From an uncultured Nitrospinota bacterium (GTDB taxonomy: Bacteria > Tectomicrobia > Entotheonellia > J063 > CAVPRW01), in the NCBI GenBank assembly GCA_963707985.1, contig CAVPRW010000010.1, positions 160,001 through 224,000 on the forward strand: a stretch of 64,000 nucleotides of DNA, in the 5' to 3' direction. The notes under the pieces are model-generated. The model worked only from the letters and a program-made list of their open reading frames with translations. It was not told the origin of the DNA and did no database searches. The position numbers were made by a program, and so were the translations under genes. Positions 10,094-21,685 of the stretch are shown here, one piece after another; within the stretch, counting starts at the first letter, position 1, and every line of letters begins with the position of its first letter.

Positions 10094-10430
10094 GAGACAT
10101 GAGCGTGATAAGATCGTAATTTCATGACATATTTTCACCGATGCGCGCGAGTGCCACCGAAAATCCTCCTCCCTCCCCGCGGGCATCTGTGAGCTGGTGG
10201 CCATTATGGGGCTTCGGCGAGCTGCATGTCATGGCTCCTGGACTCCCGGTAGTGGGTCAATTTCATGTTAACAGCTCGGGATCGGCGTCGTGGATCGACC
10301 ATACACTCAATGTTAACTTCGCACTGACCCACTACCACCCTTCCTCTCCATCTCTGCCTATTATGGCATAATAACCCCTGTGATGAACCCTCGATGTACC
10401 ATCGTCTAGTAGACAGATAGGTAGCCAGGC

Positions 10431-11225
10431 ATGATCCCTCCAGCCGCTCTTGAACGTTATAAGAACGACCGCTTTCCTACCGAAATCATCAGCCACGACG
10501 TGTGGCTCTATTATCGCTTCTGCATGAGCTACCGCGCTGTCGAAGAACTTCTGGTCGCCCCGAGGTGTTGTTGAGACCTATGGAGCCATCCGGAAGTGGT
10601 GTGGCAAATTCGGGCAGGACTATGCGAATCAGCTGCGATGTTGTGATCCCCGACCAGGAGACGAATGGCATATGGACGAGGTGTTTTTGATGATCAACGG
10701 TGCACAGCACTATCAATGGCGAGCCGGCGATCAAGAGGGGCATGTGCTCGACATTCTGGTGCAGAGCCGGCGAAACAAGAAAGCCGCGAGGACGTTCTTC
10801 CGCAAGTTGTTCCAGGGTTTAACCTACGTGCCCCGCGTGATCATCACCGGCAAATTGAAAAATTACGGTGCCGCCACGCGGGAACTCCTGCCTGGTGTGG
10901 AACATCGTCAGCCTCGTTATCTCAATAACCGCGCCGAGAACTCGCTCCAGCCGACACGCCAGCGGGAGCGGCGCATGCAGCGCTTCAAATCGCCGGGTCA
11001 TGCGCATTGATTTCTCTCCGCGTATGGCCTCATGGCCCAACACTTCCGACCGCGGCATCACCGGTTTTCTTCCCCTGCGTACCGCCATGAGAGGAGCCAA
11101 CGATTCGACACCTGGCGGGACAGGACATCACCCACCTCCCGACCGCAGCGTAAGCGTCGCGAGCGAGGGAGATATATGTCTTCCTTCCACATGCTCATGT
11201 TGACATACAACAAGTTGACAATGCC
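10431..11225 (+). mobile_element. IS6-family transposase pseudogene with right inverted repeat
   Basis: RYKNDRFPTEIISHDVWLYYRF, WHMDEVF, YLNNRAENS...RERRMQRFKS in shifting frames; AAGTTGACAATGCC end at 11212-11225. Confidence 0.9.
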
Positions 11226-11248
11226 CCCGAAAATTGCTCAAGCTATTC

Positions 11249-12139
11249 TCAGGCGCGTTTCAACACTTCAAGTAGTTGCACATCTATCATCACTCCTGGA
11301 TCGCTCCAGGGGCTCTGCAGTAGGCCGAATTGCGCAAGAACGCGTGTGCGGAAGCCTACCCCAGGAGGGGCCTCCCACTCGTCGAAGAACATTCGCTCTT
11401 CTCCAGATCGCGAGGACTCATCTGCCTCGAGCTCATCCCAATCCTTATCAAAGGTTTCAGGTGTAACGACGACGTATACCCCCTCTGCAAAACGGCCCGC
11501 CCACTCGCGGTGCAGTGGGCCCCATAACCCTTTCCAGTCGTCAGGGGATAGAAGTCTTGCTGCCGCCTGCCACTCGCTCTGGCCGCACACACCCTTGCCG
11601 AACCAGCTGGCGTACAGCTCAGCCTCTGGACATGTCAGGTTGCTCACCGGATCGGTGGGCGTTCCGTGCAGAATGCGCTTTATGTCCAGGGAGAGGAAAG
11701 GTGGGGTAAGCTGGACGCTACGCGGGGCTAGTTTTGCCAGACGCAGGAAGCCACTGTATTGCCAGTTTGCTACTGGACGCAGCGCCATCCATGCCACGAA
11801 GGGCTGCATGCGCGCTAGCGCTTCAGGAGCGTAGCGCTCACCCGGCGTTGGCCCTTCGGCGGGCAGGAGCAGCATGGTCACCAGCTCCAACGGGTCAAAC
11901 CACAGATCACCAGCCTGCCGGTCAGTCGGCAGCGTTAAACTGAGATACACACGCCGCCCTGCCCAGGCACCGCCCGATGCAGGTGCTTCTGTCCAGCCGG
12001 GACCCTCTTTCAAGAAACGCCGGAGTAGGGCGGCTTCCATGGCAGCATTGGCTTCTTCGAGCGCGGCCAACAGGTCGGTTTGGCCACGCAGGTCAGCGCG
12101 ATCCTGCAAGTAGTGAACATAGGCATCTACCAGATTCAT
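11249..12139 (-). CDS. Hypothetical protein with FGE/sulfatase-modifying-factor-like C-terminal half; candidate immunity or partner
   Basis: PVSNLTCPEAELYASWFGK...SEWQAAA...EW...GFR resembles FGE-sulfatase motifs; GGAGG RBS; starts about 20 bp after the toxin stop. Confidence 0.6.
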   Translation of the reverse strand: MNLVDAYVHYLQDRADLRGQTDLLAALEEANAAMEAALLRRFLKEGPGWTEAPASGGAWAGRRVYLSLTLPTDRQAGDLWFDPLELVTMLLLPAEGPTPGERYAPEALARMQPFVAWMALRPVANWQYSGFLRLAKLAPRSVQLTPPFLSLDIKRILHGTPTDPVSNLTCPEAELYASWFGKGVCGQSEWQAAARLLSPDDWKGLWGPLHREWAGRFAEGVYVVVTPETFDKDWDELEADESSRSGEERMFFDEWEAPPGVGFRTRVLAQFGLLQSPWSDPGVMIDVQLLEVLKRA

Positions 12140-12159
12140 GCAATTCCTCCCGCCATATT

Positions 12160-15100
12160 TTACTCGATGCGCACTGCATCGACTTTCATCGTCCAGCCTT
12201 CCCACGCCAGGTCTGCGCGCGCCCGCACCACGCTACCATCCGGTCTTACCAGAAGGATCGGTTGCCCGGAGCCTGCCTGGGCACTGGGCACCGCCACGCT
12301 GCCGTCGGGCAGAGTCACGGGGCGGGCAGGGCGCATGCCAGTACCCCATAAAGACGCTTCGGCGGCCTCGACCGCTTGCGTTTGAGGTAGGGTCAGTTCG
12401 TTCAGCTTACGTCCCATGGCGCCCAGATCGCCGCTACGGCCAGCTGCTTCACCAATCTCTCTACCCAACTGGGTGGGAGTTTTCGCACCGGGTGCAACCG
12501 ATCGTGGAGAGCGAATCGCGGGCTGCTCCAATCGGCCCCACAGTGGGAAGCGCTCGCCGGGGCGAATGTTGCCCTGATTGGCAGTGCGCACAATAGCCGC
12601 ATCGCCAAATGTGGAGGGACGGAAGTCTTTGGGATAGACGATCTCGCCTTGCGTACCGCCGACCACCAATGTTCCATCTTGCAAGCGGCGAATATTATGC
12701 TTGAGTCTGAATTCATCAGCCTGAGCCCGTGCTGGGGGAAAAGGTTCGTTGGGGCTGTGGTAAGCGACAGGTACCTCCTTCACCCCGGCTATCTGCGCCG
12801 CCATTAGGCGGCGGTTGTCCAGACTCACGAGACTGCCATCAGGGGTTTCTACTACGTCGATCGCTGTGCCCTTCCAACCCTGCTTGATGCTGTCGGCAAG
12901 CTGCTGGATGGTCATGGAGCGGTCGCCGGTTGTCGGCGCAACATCCTTCTGGCTAAAACGAAGCGCAGAGGGGGCTTCCATGCCAGTGATCGTGGCGACC
13001 GGCGGACCCTGATTATCGGGGAAGTGCAAGGTCAACCTGCGCCCACCGCCGAGCTGAGGCAGGTCGCCTTTAATCGCGAGGGCGTGGAGGCCTCCCGCTA
13101 TCCCTAACTGGGACAGGAGGAGCAGCTTGGCGCGGTTTATCTCCTCGCGGGGAGCATGAGAGTTTTCGATCTCATCGAGCTGCTTGGCAGTTTCCACACT
13201 AATGATGGCCAGGCTGACTGTATCAGCGGCCAGCTGAGTACCTTTCGAGAACAGGTAAACCTTTTGCATATAAACGGCATATTCAGCCGCCAGACCCATT
13301 AGTGGAGCGCCCTCCTTCGCTGCAGCAAGCGCTCCGCTTACCACAAAGCCAGAACGCAGCGCTGAGACTCCAGCGATGGAAGCCACAATTTGGACCAGGT
13401 CGAGGCCTATTCGTACGCCCGTTAAATTGCCGCGCTGAGCGCCCTCGATCAGATCGATGCCGGCGGCAGTTCCCCCGGCGATGGCTGATCCTGCAAGAGC
13501 CCAGGCACCGACTACCTGCAGGGTTGTTCCAGCCGTGGCGACTGCGCTGATTGCCAGCCCAATAACCGCCAGACCAATCCCCAGCCAGGTGAAAAATTGT
13601 TTCCAGGTTAGGTGATCGGTAGTCTTGATCTGCCCACCGTAGAGACCTGGCACCTCGAAGTGGATTGATCCCACCGGATAATGGTCGGGATCATCTAGTT
13701 CATTGAACAAGCGCGGTGGTGGCTCCTCTGTTCCACTGGCCGAGACAGAGGGGAAGGTATACGGCTCGGAGGGGTTCGTCAAGTCGCGCAGGTACCAATC
13801 ATTGCCCTCCTTCCAGGCATACAACTGCAGCGGGATGGTTTCCTGGTAACCTCCCTCATTGGCGAACTTTTTATCTGGGTGGAACACGGCTGGGATTCGC
13901 AGCGGTTTTTTACCGGCGATGGCCCCCAGGGCGGCGTGCATGGTGGCGATGGCCTCGGCACGCTTGACCATCTCGTTTTCTTTGCCTTTGGTCTCCTTCA
14001 AGCGGTCGACGATCCAGCGGTCCATACCGCCAATCAAGACGTTATAGTTAACGAAGGCCTGCTCCCAGCGGCCAAAACTGAGGTCGGTTGGGACGCTTAT
14101 CGCCGGGCCGCTCCTGGTGAATGTCTTAAAGGTCGTATGATGATACGATTCGCCAGTATAGGGGTTATAACTGGAGCTGCCAGCCTCGCTGAAGGTGGGG
14201 AGCGATTTCTCCCGTCCTTTGGTCTCTTCGGCCAGGGCGTTATAGAGCTTGGTGGCTTCATTCGCTGCACTAAATTGCAGCGTTGAGTCGATCTTGTTCT
14301 TTTCCGGGTCCTGTTTATTGGCCTCGATCTGCGGGCGCAGGCGGGTCATGGCCTGGGAGAGGGCAAACCAGGCGTCGTAAGTCTTCTGGGTGATTAAATG
14401 TTCGTCGAAGGCCTGCTTGCGGATGGGCATGAAGGCGATCTCATAGCCATCGAATTGCTCTGCAAAGGTGCCAGTTTTTCCTTTCAAGGTCGTCAATTCA
14501 GCCACGGCAAAGGCATTGGAAGTCGCCGCCTTGTCGACCTCGGCCGGTGACTCTCCACGCAGCACCGACCCGTAGCGGATCTTGAAGCCGAAGGTTTTAG
14601 CAGGGACATTGTCTCCGCTGACCCGTACAGCGTGGTTGCGGTTATATTCGATCGGCCCCCCACCGTCATGGGGGCTGGGCTCGCTGATCGTGTCGTCAAT
14701 CTGCAGGTCGGCCTTGCCGTCGCCGTCAACATCCAGAGTAAGGCTGCCCGACCCGGCCTTCAGGACGTAGATAGCGGGATTGGCTTTTACCTGGATCTCC
14801 ATGCCTAGGCCAAACACCGGCTGGCCGCGGTGCAGGGGGGTGATGCCGAAAACCGCTTTGACCGGGAAGGTAGATGTGAGAGAGGTCGCTTTGGATTGCA
14901 GGGTGATGCGGAATTGGTCGTTATACGGTCCGAGCACGACATCCAGCGAGGAGATGCCACCGATGAAGACCGGTGTCCCAGCAGAGGCGAAGGCCGGGGG
15001 CGGCGGCTCGGCGGTTATCTTCTCCAACGGCTTGGCGTTTGGATCCCGGACCCATAGGCTGCCCGATGAGGCGAACCGGCCTTGGGATTTAGAGGTGAGA

Positions 15101-16224
15101 TCGTGCCGGCGGCCCTTCTTGAAGGAGCGATCGTCGTATTCAACTTCGTCCGCGAGGGTGACAATGTGGTCGCGGAAACCGTACAGGTCTACCGCCACAC
15201 GCTGCCCGGGCAGCGGGACGACCGAAGCATTCAGCGGTGCCGGGCCAATCATCACAGCCCGGCGGGCGATCCCGTTTTCGACGAAAGGCCCCTCGGCAGG
15301 GAACTTGCCGGTATATCGGATCACGAAATAAAAATAATCGATCCCTTCTTCTTTCTTGCGTTCGAAGGAGATGGTGAAAGGGTCCCCACCCCAGTTGACC
15401 TGCACCGGCCCGGGGAGAACATCTTTCGGGATCTCGACGGATTTGTCCTGCTGGCGCATCAGCGCTCCAGGCCGAGATGGGGTGGGGGCTGGCACGTCGG
15501 TTTTCTGGGTCGGGGTGGCCACAGCCATCTTCTGGGCTACCCCTTCAGCCTCCTGTTCCTGCGGCTCGCTGGGTTGGCTGATGGCTGCACGGGCCTGGGG
15601 CCTGTCTGCGCCATTCCCTTGCTGGATCGTGTGGGTCAACTCATGCGCCAGCAGCTTATCACCTGCTTGCATGCCCGGCTGGAACTGGCCTTCGCCGAAG
15701 AAAATGTCCTGCCCGTAGGTGAAGGCGGTGGCGTTCAAGTCGCGCGCCGCCTGGGAGGCCTGCCTGCCGGTATGCACTTGCACTCCGCTGAAGTCGGCAC
15801 CGAATGATTGTTCCATTGGGCCACGGGAGGAGGAAGGCAACGGCTGGCCTCTGGACGATTGCAGCGCACTGCTCACGCTAGGCGGCAACTCTTGAGGGGC
15901 TTCGGGCCTTGTCGCTTGTCGGTCAATCCCGTGTCGCTGCAAAGCCATACGGTTCAAGCGGGTGTTGCCTACCGAGCGCTGCAAGCTATTCGCCATGCGC
16001 GCCCGGCTCGGCGCGCCGGGAACAGCCTCGGACGTGGCAAGCAGGTCGGCGGCGCGGGCGAGCGGTGGCTCGCCATTTGGCGGAGGCAGCGCCGACGCCG
16101 AGGTGTGGGCAGCTTGCAGCGGCCCGCTGCGTTTCTCGGGGGGTTCAGGCTGCTTCTCCACGGTCGGCTCAGCCACTGCTTTGCTGGCGGCCTCGACCTG
16201 GGTTTGGCTTTTATCTTGGGGCAT
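12160..16224 (-). CDS. eCIS cargo: leader, DUF4157, hydrophobic helices and C-terminal ParB-like tip (1354 aa)
   Basis: MEQSFGADFSGVQVHT..ATAFTYGQDIFF..LLAHELTHTIQQ; TM stretch WLGIGLAVIGLAISAVA; RFSQKDV...SLDNRRL. Confidence 0.85.
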   Translation of the reverse strand: MPQDKSQTQVEAASKAVAEPTVEKQPEPPEKRSGPLQAAHTSASALPPPNGEPPLARAADLLATSEAVPGAPSRARMANSLQRSVGNTRLNRMALQRHGIDRQATRPEAPQELPPSVSSALQSSRGQPLPSSSRGPMEQSFGADFSGVQVHTGRQASQAARDLNATAFTYGQDIFFGEGQFQPGMQAGDKLLAHELTHTIQQGNGADRPQARAAISQPSEPQEQEAEGVAQKMAVATPTQKTDVPAPTPSRPGALMRQQDKSVEIPKDVLPGPVQVNWGGDPFTISFERKKEEGIDYFYFVIRYTGKFPAEGPFVENGIARRAVMIGPAPLNASVVPLPGQRVAVDLYGFRDHIVTLADEVEYDDRSFKKGRRHDLTSKSQGRFASSGSLWVRDPNAKPLEKITAEPPPPAFASAGTPVFIGGISSLDVVLGPYNDQFRITLQSKATSLTSTFPVKAVFGITPLHRGQPVFGLGMEIQVKANPAIYVLKAGSGSLTLDVDGDGKADLQIDDTISEPSPHDGGGPIEYNRNHAVRVSGDNVPAKTFGFKIRYGSVLRGESPAEVDKAATSNAFAVAELTTLKGKTGTFAEQFDGYEIAFMPIRKQAFDEHLITQKTYDAWFALSQAMTRLRPQIEANKQDPEKNKIDSTLQFSAANEATKLYNALAEETKGREKSLPTFSEAGSSSYNPYTGESYHHTTFKTFTRSGPAISVPTDLSFGRWEQAFVNYNVLIGGMDRWIVDRLKETKGKENEMVKRAEAIATMHAALGAIAGKKPLRIPAVFHPDKKFANEGGYQETIPLQLYAWKEGNDWYLRDLTNPSEPYTFPSVSASGTEEPPPRLFNELDDPDHYPVGSIHFEVPGLYGGQIKTTDHLTWKQFFTWLGIGLAVIGLAISAVATAGTTLQVVGAWALAGSAIAGGTAAGIDLIEGAQRGNLTGVRIGLDLVQIVASIAGVSALRSGFVVSGALAAAKEGAPLMGLAAEYAVYMQKVYLFSKGTQLAADTVSLAIISVETAKQLDEIENSHAPREEINRAKLLLLSQLGIAGGLHALAIKGDLPQLGGGRRLTLHFPDNQGPPVATITGMEAPSALRFSQKDVAPTTGDRSMTIQQLADSIKQGWKGTAIDVVETPDGSLVSLDNRRLMAAQIAGVKEVPVAYHSPNEPFPPARAQADEFRLKHNIRRLQDGTLVVGGTQGEIVYPKDFRPSTFGDAAIVRTANQGNIRPGERFPLWGRLEQPAIRSPRSVAPGAKTPTQLGREIGEAAGRSGDLGAMGRKLNELTLPQTQAVEAAEASLWGTGMRPARPVTLPDGSVAVPSAQAGSGQPILLVRPDGSVVRARADLAWEGWTMKVDAVRIE

Positions 16225-16531
16225 GGCGCTTGGCGTTCCTATCGACTCGTGTTAGCTTGCCAGTGGCCTTCAACCGGCACAGCCTCATTCACAAGAACCC
16301 AAGACCAGTCGGCCGTCGATCATCGCCGTCACACACAGAACTCGACTCAGTCGTGTCTGCTTCCCCCTGTGCTCGCAACGACGTTGTCAAAGCATAGGCT
16401 CGTGAGGCACACCCCAATGTGTTGCCAGACCGACCGAATCCCATTGAGAAATGGTTCCCGGAACCTTTCTTCTCCGACTTATCCGTAGCCTCGATTTGGG
16501 TCTTGGTCTTCCCCACGTGCGCCTCTGAAAG

Positions 16532-16666
16532 CTATAAAGTCTCGCCGGATAGGAGTGGATCGAACCGGCAGTAGGCTTCAAAGTTCCGGAAATGTCGGGC
16601 CTATAACTCAGCACCGTCGTCGAGCTGATCTTCCAAGACGGTATTCACGTCGATGACTTGCTTCAA
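16532..16666 (-). pseudogene. C-terminal remnant of a DUF4288-like (immunity-type) gene
   Basis: Reads LKQVIDVNTVLEDQLDDGAEL*ARHFRNFEAYCRFDPLLSGETL*; no start; internal TAG at 16601-16603. Confidence 0.5.
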
Positions 16667-17145
16667 GTAAGTTCGTACCGATTCGTGCGGTCCAGATGAA
16701 GAAGAAACACTCCTGCCTGTTGCAACTGATCGAGCACATTGAAAATGAAGGCTTTCATGTCTTCATCATGTTGATCTTTGCACTGCGTTTTGATGATGCG
16801 GATATGCTCACTCTTATCCTCCTGAGTCAGCAGCCAATCTACCCAATTCACAAACCAGTAGGGATCAAATCTCTGCACATCCGGCGCATCCCATTCAATA
16901 GGTTCTTTCGTCACCGTATGAATCAATCTGCATCCTCTACCGTGAATGAAATATCTCCACTCTTTATCTTTACCCCAATAACCACTCTGAGTCAATTTGA
17001 TATACTCTTTAGTCGGTCGTACTCGCTTCTCTCCTGCCATATCTAGTAAGTCAGGTCGAATCTCACTCAGCGCAGCTAACACAAGTTTCTGTCGTTGCAC
17101 AAAGCTACTGACGAGTGAATGCACAGCTAATTGAATGTTATTCAT
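16663..17145 (-). CDS. Putative immunity protein (DUF6896-like)
   Basis: WRYFIHGRGC motif; ATGA overlap with the upstream toxin tip; AT-rich. Confidence 0.65.
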   Translation of the reverse strand: MNNIQLAVHSLVSSFVQRQKLVLAALSEIRPDLLDMAGEKRVRPTKEYIKLTQSGYWGKDKEWRYFIHGRGCRLIHTVTKEPIEWDAPDVQRFDPYWFVNWVDWLLTQEDKSEHIRIIKTQCKDQHDEDMKAFIFNVLDQLQQAGVFLLHLDRTNRYELT

Positions 17146-20100
17146 TGCCAATCTACCTCCTTCCATTCAAACGGGTCAGAGAAATTCTCTTTTTCTGGAT
17201 CATAATCTATTGGTCTGTGCTTCCCGGAGATTGAAATCTGCTTGTTTCTTAACCGAGAGGCGACGAATCGGTGATGTCCTTCATCAATCACCGTATAATC
17301 CTTACCGGGATATAGGTCTATTACCGGGAACGGTGATCCATAACACTCCTGAGAGGCGTATTTCGCCACCAAATTCTTCTCTACTAAGTCCTGATTCGGC
17401 TTCACCCGTTTTCCATTAATCTTGTCACCTGGCGTTGAGTCGGAGATAACTTTCGCTACTGACCTATTTCCAATAAGCTTCCTCATGTTGTCTTCACTGC
17501 ATGGATCGATGCTATAGCTGGCGGCGACCCTGGTGGCGTGACGCTCGGAACAGGCGCTGGACTGCCGGGAGCCGCTTCTTCCAGATCAGTCACGTGGTAG
17601 CGTTCGCCGTAATCCTGGAGCTCACCGCCAAGCTCCTTCAATCCAGGCGCATCCATTTGGGTAGCGGCGGGCTCCGCGCCGAGCTTGGAGGCCGCCTGCT
17701 CTACCCGTGATGCGTCACCCTCCGCTTGTTCCAGGTCGGTGATGCGTCGGTCTATTTTCTTTTTAGCGGCCTCATCTGTATTCGGATCGCCCCTGGCATC
17801 GCGGAGATCATTTTTGGCTTTAAGGATCTTGATTTTGACGGGACGGCGCCGAGTAGCCATTTCCAACAAGACGGGGTCACCAGGCCCACCCAGTGTAAGG
17901 AACAGACTATGTTGAGTTCCATCCATGGTGAACTGAATCACCTGGGTCTTAGGCGGCTGCGGCGGTGCATCGGGGATAACGTCGGAGGGTACGACGTGGC
18001 CTTTTTCTTTGCCGCCCTCTTTAAAGCCTCCTTCCACTTGATCATCAGTGTCTTTCGCGCGTTTGCCACGGATAGCCTGCCGAATGAAGCGGTAAGGCTC
18101 AAAGTCACCCTTCTTTATGGTGACGTCGGGCATTTCGTCTGAGCCGATGGTGTAAGCAATTTTTGTAGTCAGCCCGAAGCCGGCGATCGGGAAAACCTTT
18201 TCGCCCAGGTGAATTTCCCAGAAATCTTTTCCGGCAGCGCTGAAGACCAGGTCGCCCGTCAGTTTGATATCCGCTTCGCCGCCGATGAACAGCTCTCCGC
18301 CGATCGTGTACTTCGGAACGTCATCCTTGGAGCCGCCTTTACTCACCTTGATAGTCGGATCGGCCTCTACAACTCCCCTCACTTGGGCCTCGGCAGCGGT
18401 GTTTAATGAGAGGTCGACCGGATTCACTCCGAGGTAGTCGTATTTGGCTCCCAGGCGGAGGGCTACCTCACCACCGACTGCAAGTTTGGCCGTTGCTGAG
18501 CCAGAGAGGTTGAGCTTGGCGGAAATCTGCAATTCATTTGCCGAGTCCGGTCGGTGGAGTAGAGACCGGTGATGGTAATGTCGTGGAGAGTCAGCGGACC
18601 AAAGACGGCTTTGCCTGTGAATTTGATATGGACTTTACCCTTATGCCCCGGCGAGCGCCACATGACATCGGAACATGTCGCGAAAAGCTTCATTGAAGAA
18701 AAGTTTTTGGTTCGGTGGGTTTTGCGTCCATTAGGGTGATCTTGTGCAGGCGACCGAATCGTGCCGCGCACCGTCAAATATCCTTCCGGCTCGACAACGA
18801 ACGCGGCGTCAGCCTCAATCTTGTCGGTCACGATCAGCTTGAGTGAGACCCCAGCCAACAATAGCCAAGCTGTCTTCGACATTCTCAGCAGGCGTTTCCT
18901 GATGGTCCGCCTGCTGGAGCCGTCGCAGGACCACCGGGCGAAGGCTTCGAACCAATTAGTGGGTTGGGACCCTCTTGAGCAGAGGCGAGTTGCGACTGGA
19001 TAGATTGCCGCGCGCGACTTTCTTCTGTGGCCAGGACGTTCACTTCGCCCTTGACGCGCGGCGACTCGTACTTGAGGGTGCCGCGAATCTCAGTACGCCG
19101 TCCTCGTAGGTGAGTCGCGAGCTTCCCTTTGAAGCCCTTGGCCTCCCAATCGCTGCTCATCTTCGAGGCGCCCGATCAGATCGCCTCTCTTGTCGCGCTG
19201 GATTTTGGTGTCCGCTGGGACGATAGCCTTTACCTGAAGTGTGTAGTGCTTCCCGCAAACGCAAAAGCCTCATCAATCATTACGACCGGCACCAATCAGG
19301 TACGTGCCCTTATGAAAGGTGTTCATGAAGGCGTACTGAAATTAAGGTGCCCACCCTTCAGCTCGTTCTGGACCTTTATGTTTTCCAGTTTTCCTTTGGA
19401 TCCCGACTGCCCGATCAGCAGCGTCAGCAAGCGTTCCTGGTCTTCGGGCGAACCGTAAGCGGCACCGATCGAGTTGGGAGGTAGCGGTTTGTGTTACGCC
19501 GATCGAACCGGTGATCTCGTTTCCGGCACCGATGGACACGATTAAAGACAGGCTTTGGCCCCTTCCCGGCGGGCTGATTTCGGGGTGCACCATGGGCAGG
19601 GCGGTGGGACCTGCCCGATATCCGTCCGACCCTGTCTTTTCTACATACATCTTGCCTTGGGCCAGATTGCCGAAGCGGACATTGACCAGGGCATTGTTTT
19701 TCTGATCAAAAATATAGGCTTGCAGAAACAGGTCTGGTTCGAATTTACCGTTGCCTTTTAATTCATAAGTACTTTTTCTGCCGATGGCGACAGCCACCTC
19801 ATAACCGAGCACCCCCAAGGCCCCCCCCAAAGCCCCCACCAATGCTGGCTGACTCTGCCTCTGAATGGAATGTGACCCGACAGGGTGCGATCTCTTTAGA
19901 TTGAACCGTGTTTTTGTTCGTTACCTGTGCTGCGGTTTTTTCGGCTTGCTGCTCATCCGCATCGCCCGGCTGGCTGATGGCTGCTCCTTCTAGTAGACTT
20001 CGGCTGCACCCCGCTGGATTCTCCTTGCTGAATGGTGTGAGTCAGCTCATGCGCCAGCAGCTTATCGCCCGCTGCCGTGCCCGGCTGGAACTGGCCTTCA

Positions 20101-20710
20101 TCGAAAAAGATGTCCTGCCCGTGGGTGAAGGCGGTGGCATTGATATCTTTGGCAGCGCGGGCAGCCTGAGTACCGGTGTGCACGCGCACGCCGGAAAAGT
20201 CGGCTCCGAAGGATTGCTCCATCGGGCGACGTGCTGAGGGGTTGAGCGGCTGGCCGCCGCTGGACTGCAACGCTCCAGTCACGCTCGGAGGGAGAGGGGA
20301 CGCGGGGACGGCGGCGTCGGGGGGCGCGCCGAACTGCCTGGCGCTGGATCAACGGTGGCGTTCCAGACGGCTCCTGCGCGGGCATGGATGTGGCCGATGA
20401 CATCGGCGCCGCGTGGTCTGTGCCCAACAGGCGATTGACACGGGCATTCCCCACCGACCGCTGCATCGCCCTGCTCATGCGTGCCCGCCCTGGGCGCACC
20501 GGGGCCGGTTGGTGGCTCAGTCAGCAGATCACCGGCGCGGGCGGCGGGCGGCGTGCCATTGGGTGGGGGCAACGCATCGGCGACAGCCCGCTGCACCAGA
20601 GCAGCGTGAGCCATGCCGGCCTCTTGCTCGGGCGGCTCAGGCTGCTTCTCCGTGTTCGGCGTTGGCCCCGCTTTGCTTGGCGGCTCAGCCTGGATTTTGG
20701 TCGGTGGCAT
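17142..20710 (-). pseudogene. Frameshifted eCIS cargo: leader, DUF4157, beta-rich middle and ParB/Srx tip
   Basis: Collinear fragments 20279-20710, 19953-20282 (AHELTHTIQQ), 19342-19842, 18885-19160, 18463-18882, 17483-18532, 17142-17486 (VIDEGHHRF). Confidence 0.75.
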
Positions 20711-20827
20711 AGGAGAGTTTCACTCTCGATCATCGATTACTGGACGAAGCCGTCAAGCTGCAATACTGTCCTGTCTCTTCACGGACCACATTTCAACCCG
20801 TTGGCAGTAAAAAGCTGTCCCTTCATC

Positions 20828-21685
20828 TCAGGCATGTATTTTTTGTGCTGGCCGCGCCAGCAGCGATGTTTCCGGTGCGCTGAAGGGGCGTCGCTCGCCG
20901 GCCCCCCAATCCATGAGAGGCGCACCGTCCTCCAAAGCCTGGAGGCTCGCGTGGGCGCCAGCGTGAGAGCCGCTGAAGGTGAACACGCCTGCCAACGTCC
21001 TCACGGCGCCGCCGGCCGATCCTTCGGGAACAGGGGACTCGAGGTCGGGATTGATCACCTGGTTGGCGAAATCCAGCCAGATGCGCTTGTCCTGGCGGCA
21101 GTCGAAGGTCCGACACGGTAGCGGGCGCTGCTGGTAGACGGTGCAGTGACAGCCACCGCGGTCCAGGTGTTTGCAGTAGCCGTCGCCATCCTGGGCGATA
21201 ATGTAGGGCAACTGCAAATCCCATTGAATCATGCCTTCATCGACATCTTGCTTGGACAGCGGGAACCACAGCCGGCAGCACGCCGCCTGGCAGAGGTGGA
21301 CGCGGTTCTCACAGTCGATCTGCACGCCGCCGGTCAAGGCGTATTTGTCCTGCTCGGGCTCCAGCAAGTTAACCCCCATCCCCTTGTCCAGAAAGCGCTT
21401 CTCCATGCGTTCCGCCACGGTGTCCTTGCGCGCATCCAACTCCTCGATGGTGATGATGCCTTTTTCCTGCAGAAGTTCGATCAGCGCATAGAGGAACGAA
21501 GCGGCCTCCAGGAGCCGGCTGGTGTTGGCGTTGGCCCGGCTGTGGGTGTAGAGCAGGCCGCCCACGAGCTCTTGGCGCAGGTCGGCCAGGGTCGTCGAGA
21601 GGCTGCCATTGGCCTGCACCGCCAGGGGCGCGTCTTCTGACTTAGGATCAGGTGTTGCACTGATGGTCGCTTGATGGGGCGCCAT
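20828..21685 (-). CDS. YkgJ-family cysteine-cluster protein
   Basis: CENRVHLCQAACC...CKHLD...CTVYQQRPLPCRTFDC; GAGGAG RBS before ATG 21685. Confidence 0.8.
   Translation of the reverse strand: MAPHQATISATPDPKSEDAPLAVQANGSLSTTLADLRQELVGGLLYTHSRANANTSRLLEAASFLYALIELLQEKGIITIEELDARKDTVAERMEKRFLDKGMGVNLLEPEQDKYALTGGVQIDCENRVHLCQAACCRLWFPLSKQDVDEGMIQWDLQLPYIIAQDGDGYCKHLDRGGCHCTVYQQRPLPCRTFDCRQDKRIWLDFANQVINPDLESPVPEGSAGGAVRTLAGVFTFSGSHAGAHASLQALEDGAPLMDWGAGERRPFSAPETSLLARPAQKIHA

Noticed and set aside
9992..10204. 71-aa N-terminal extension of the MFS ORF
   Set aside because: Runs through the tRNA fragment; non-protein-like
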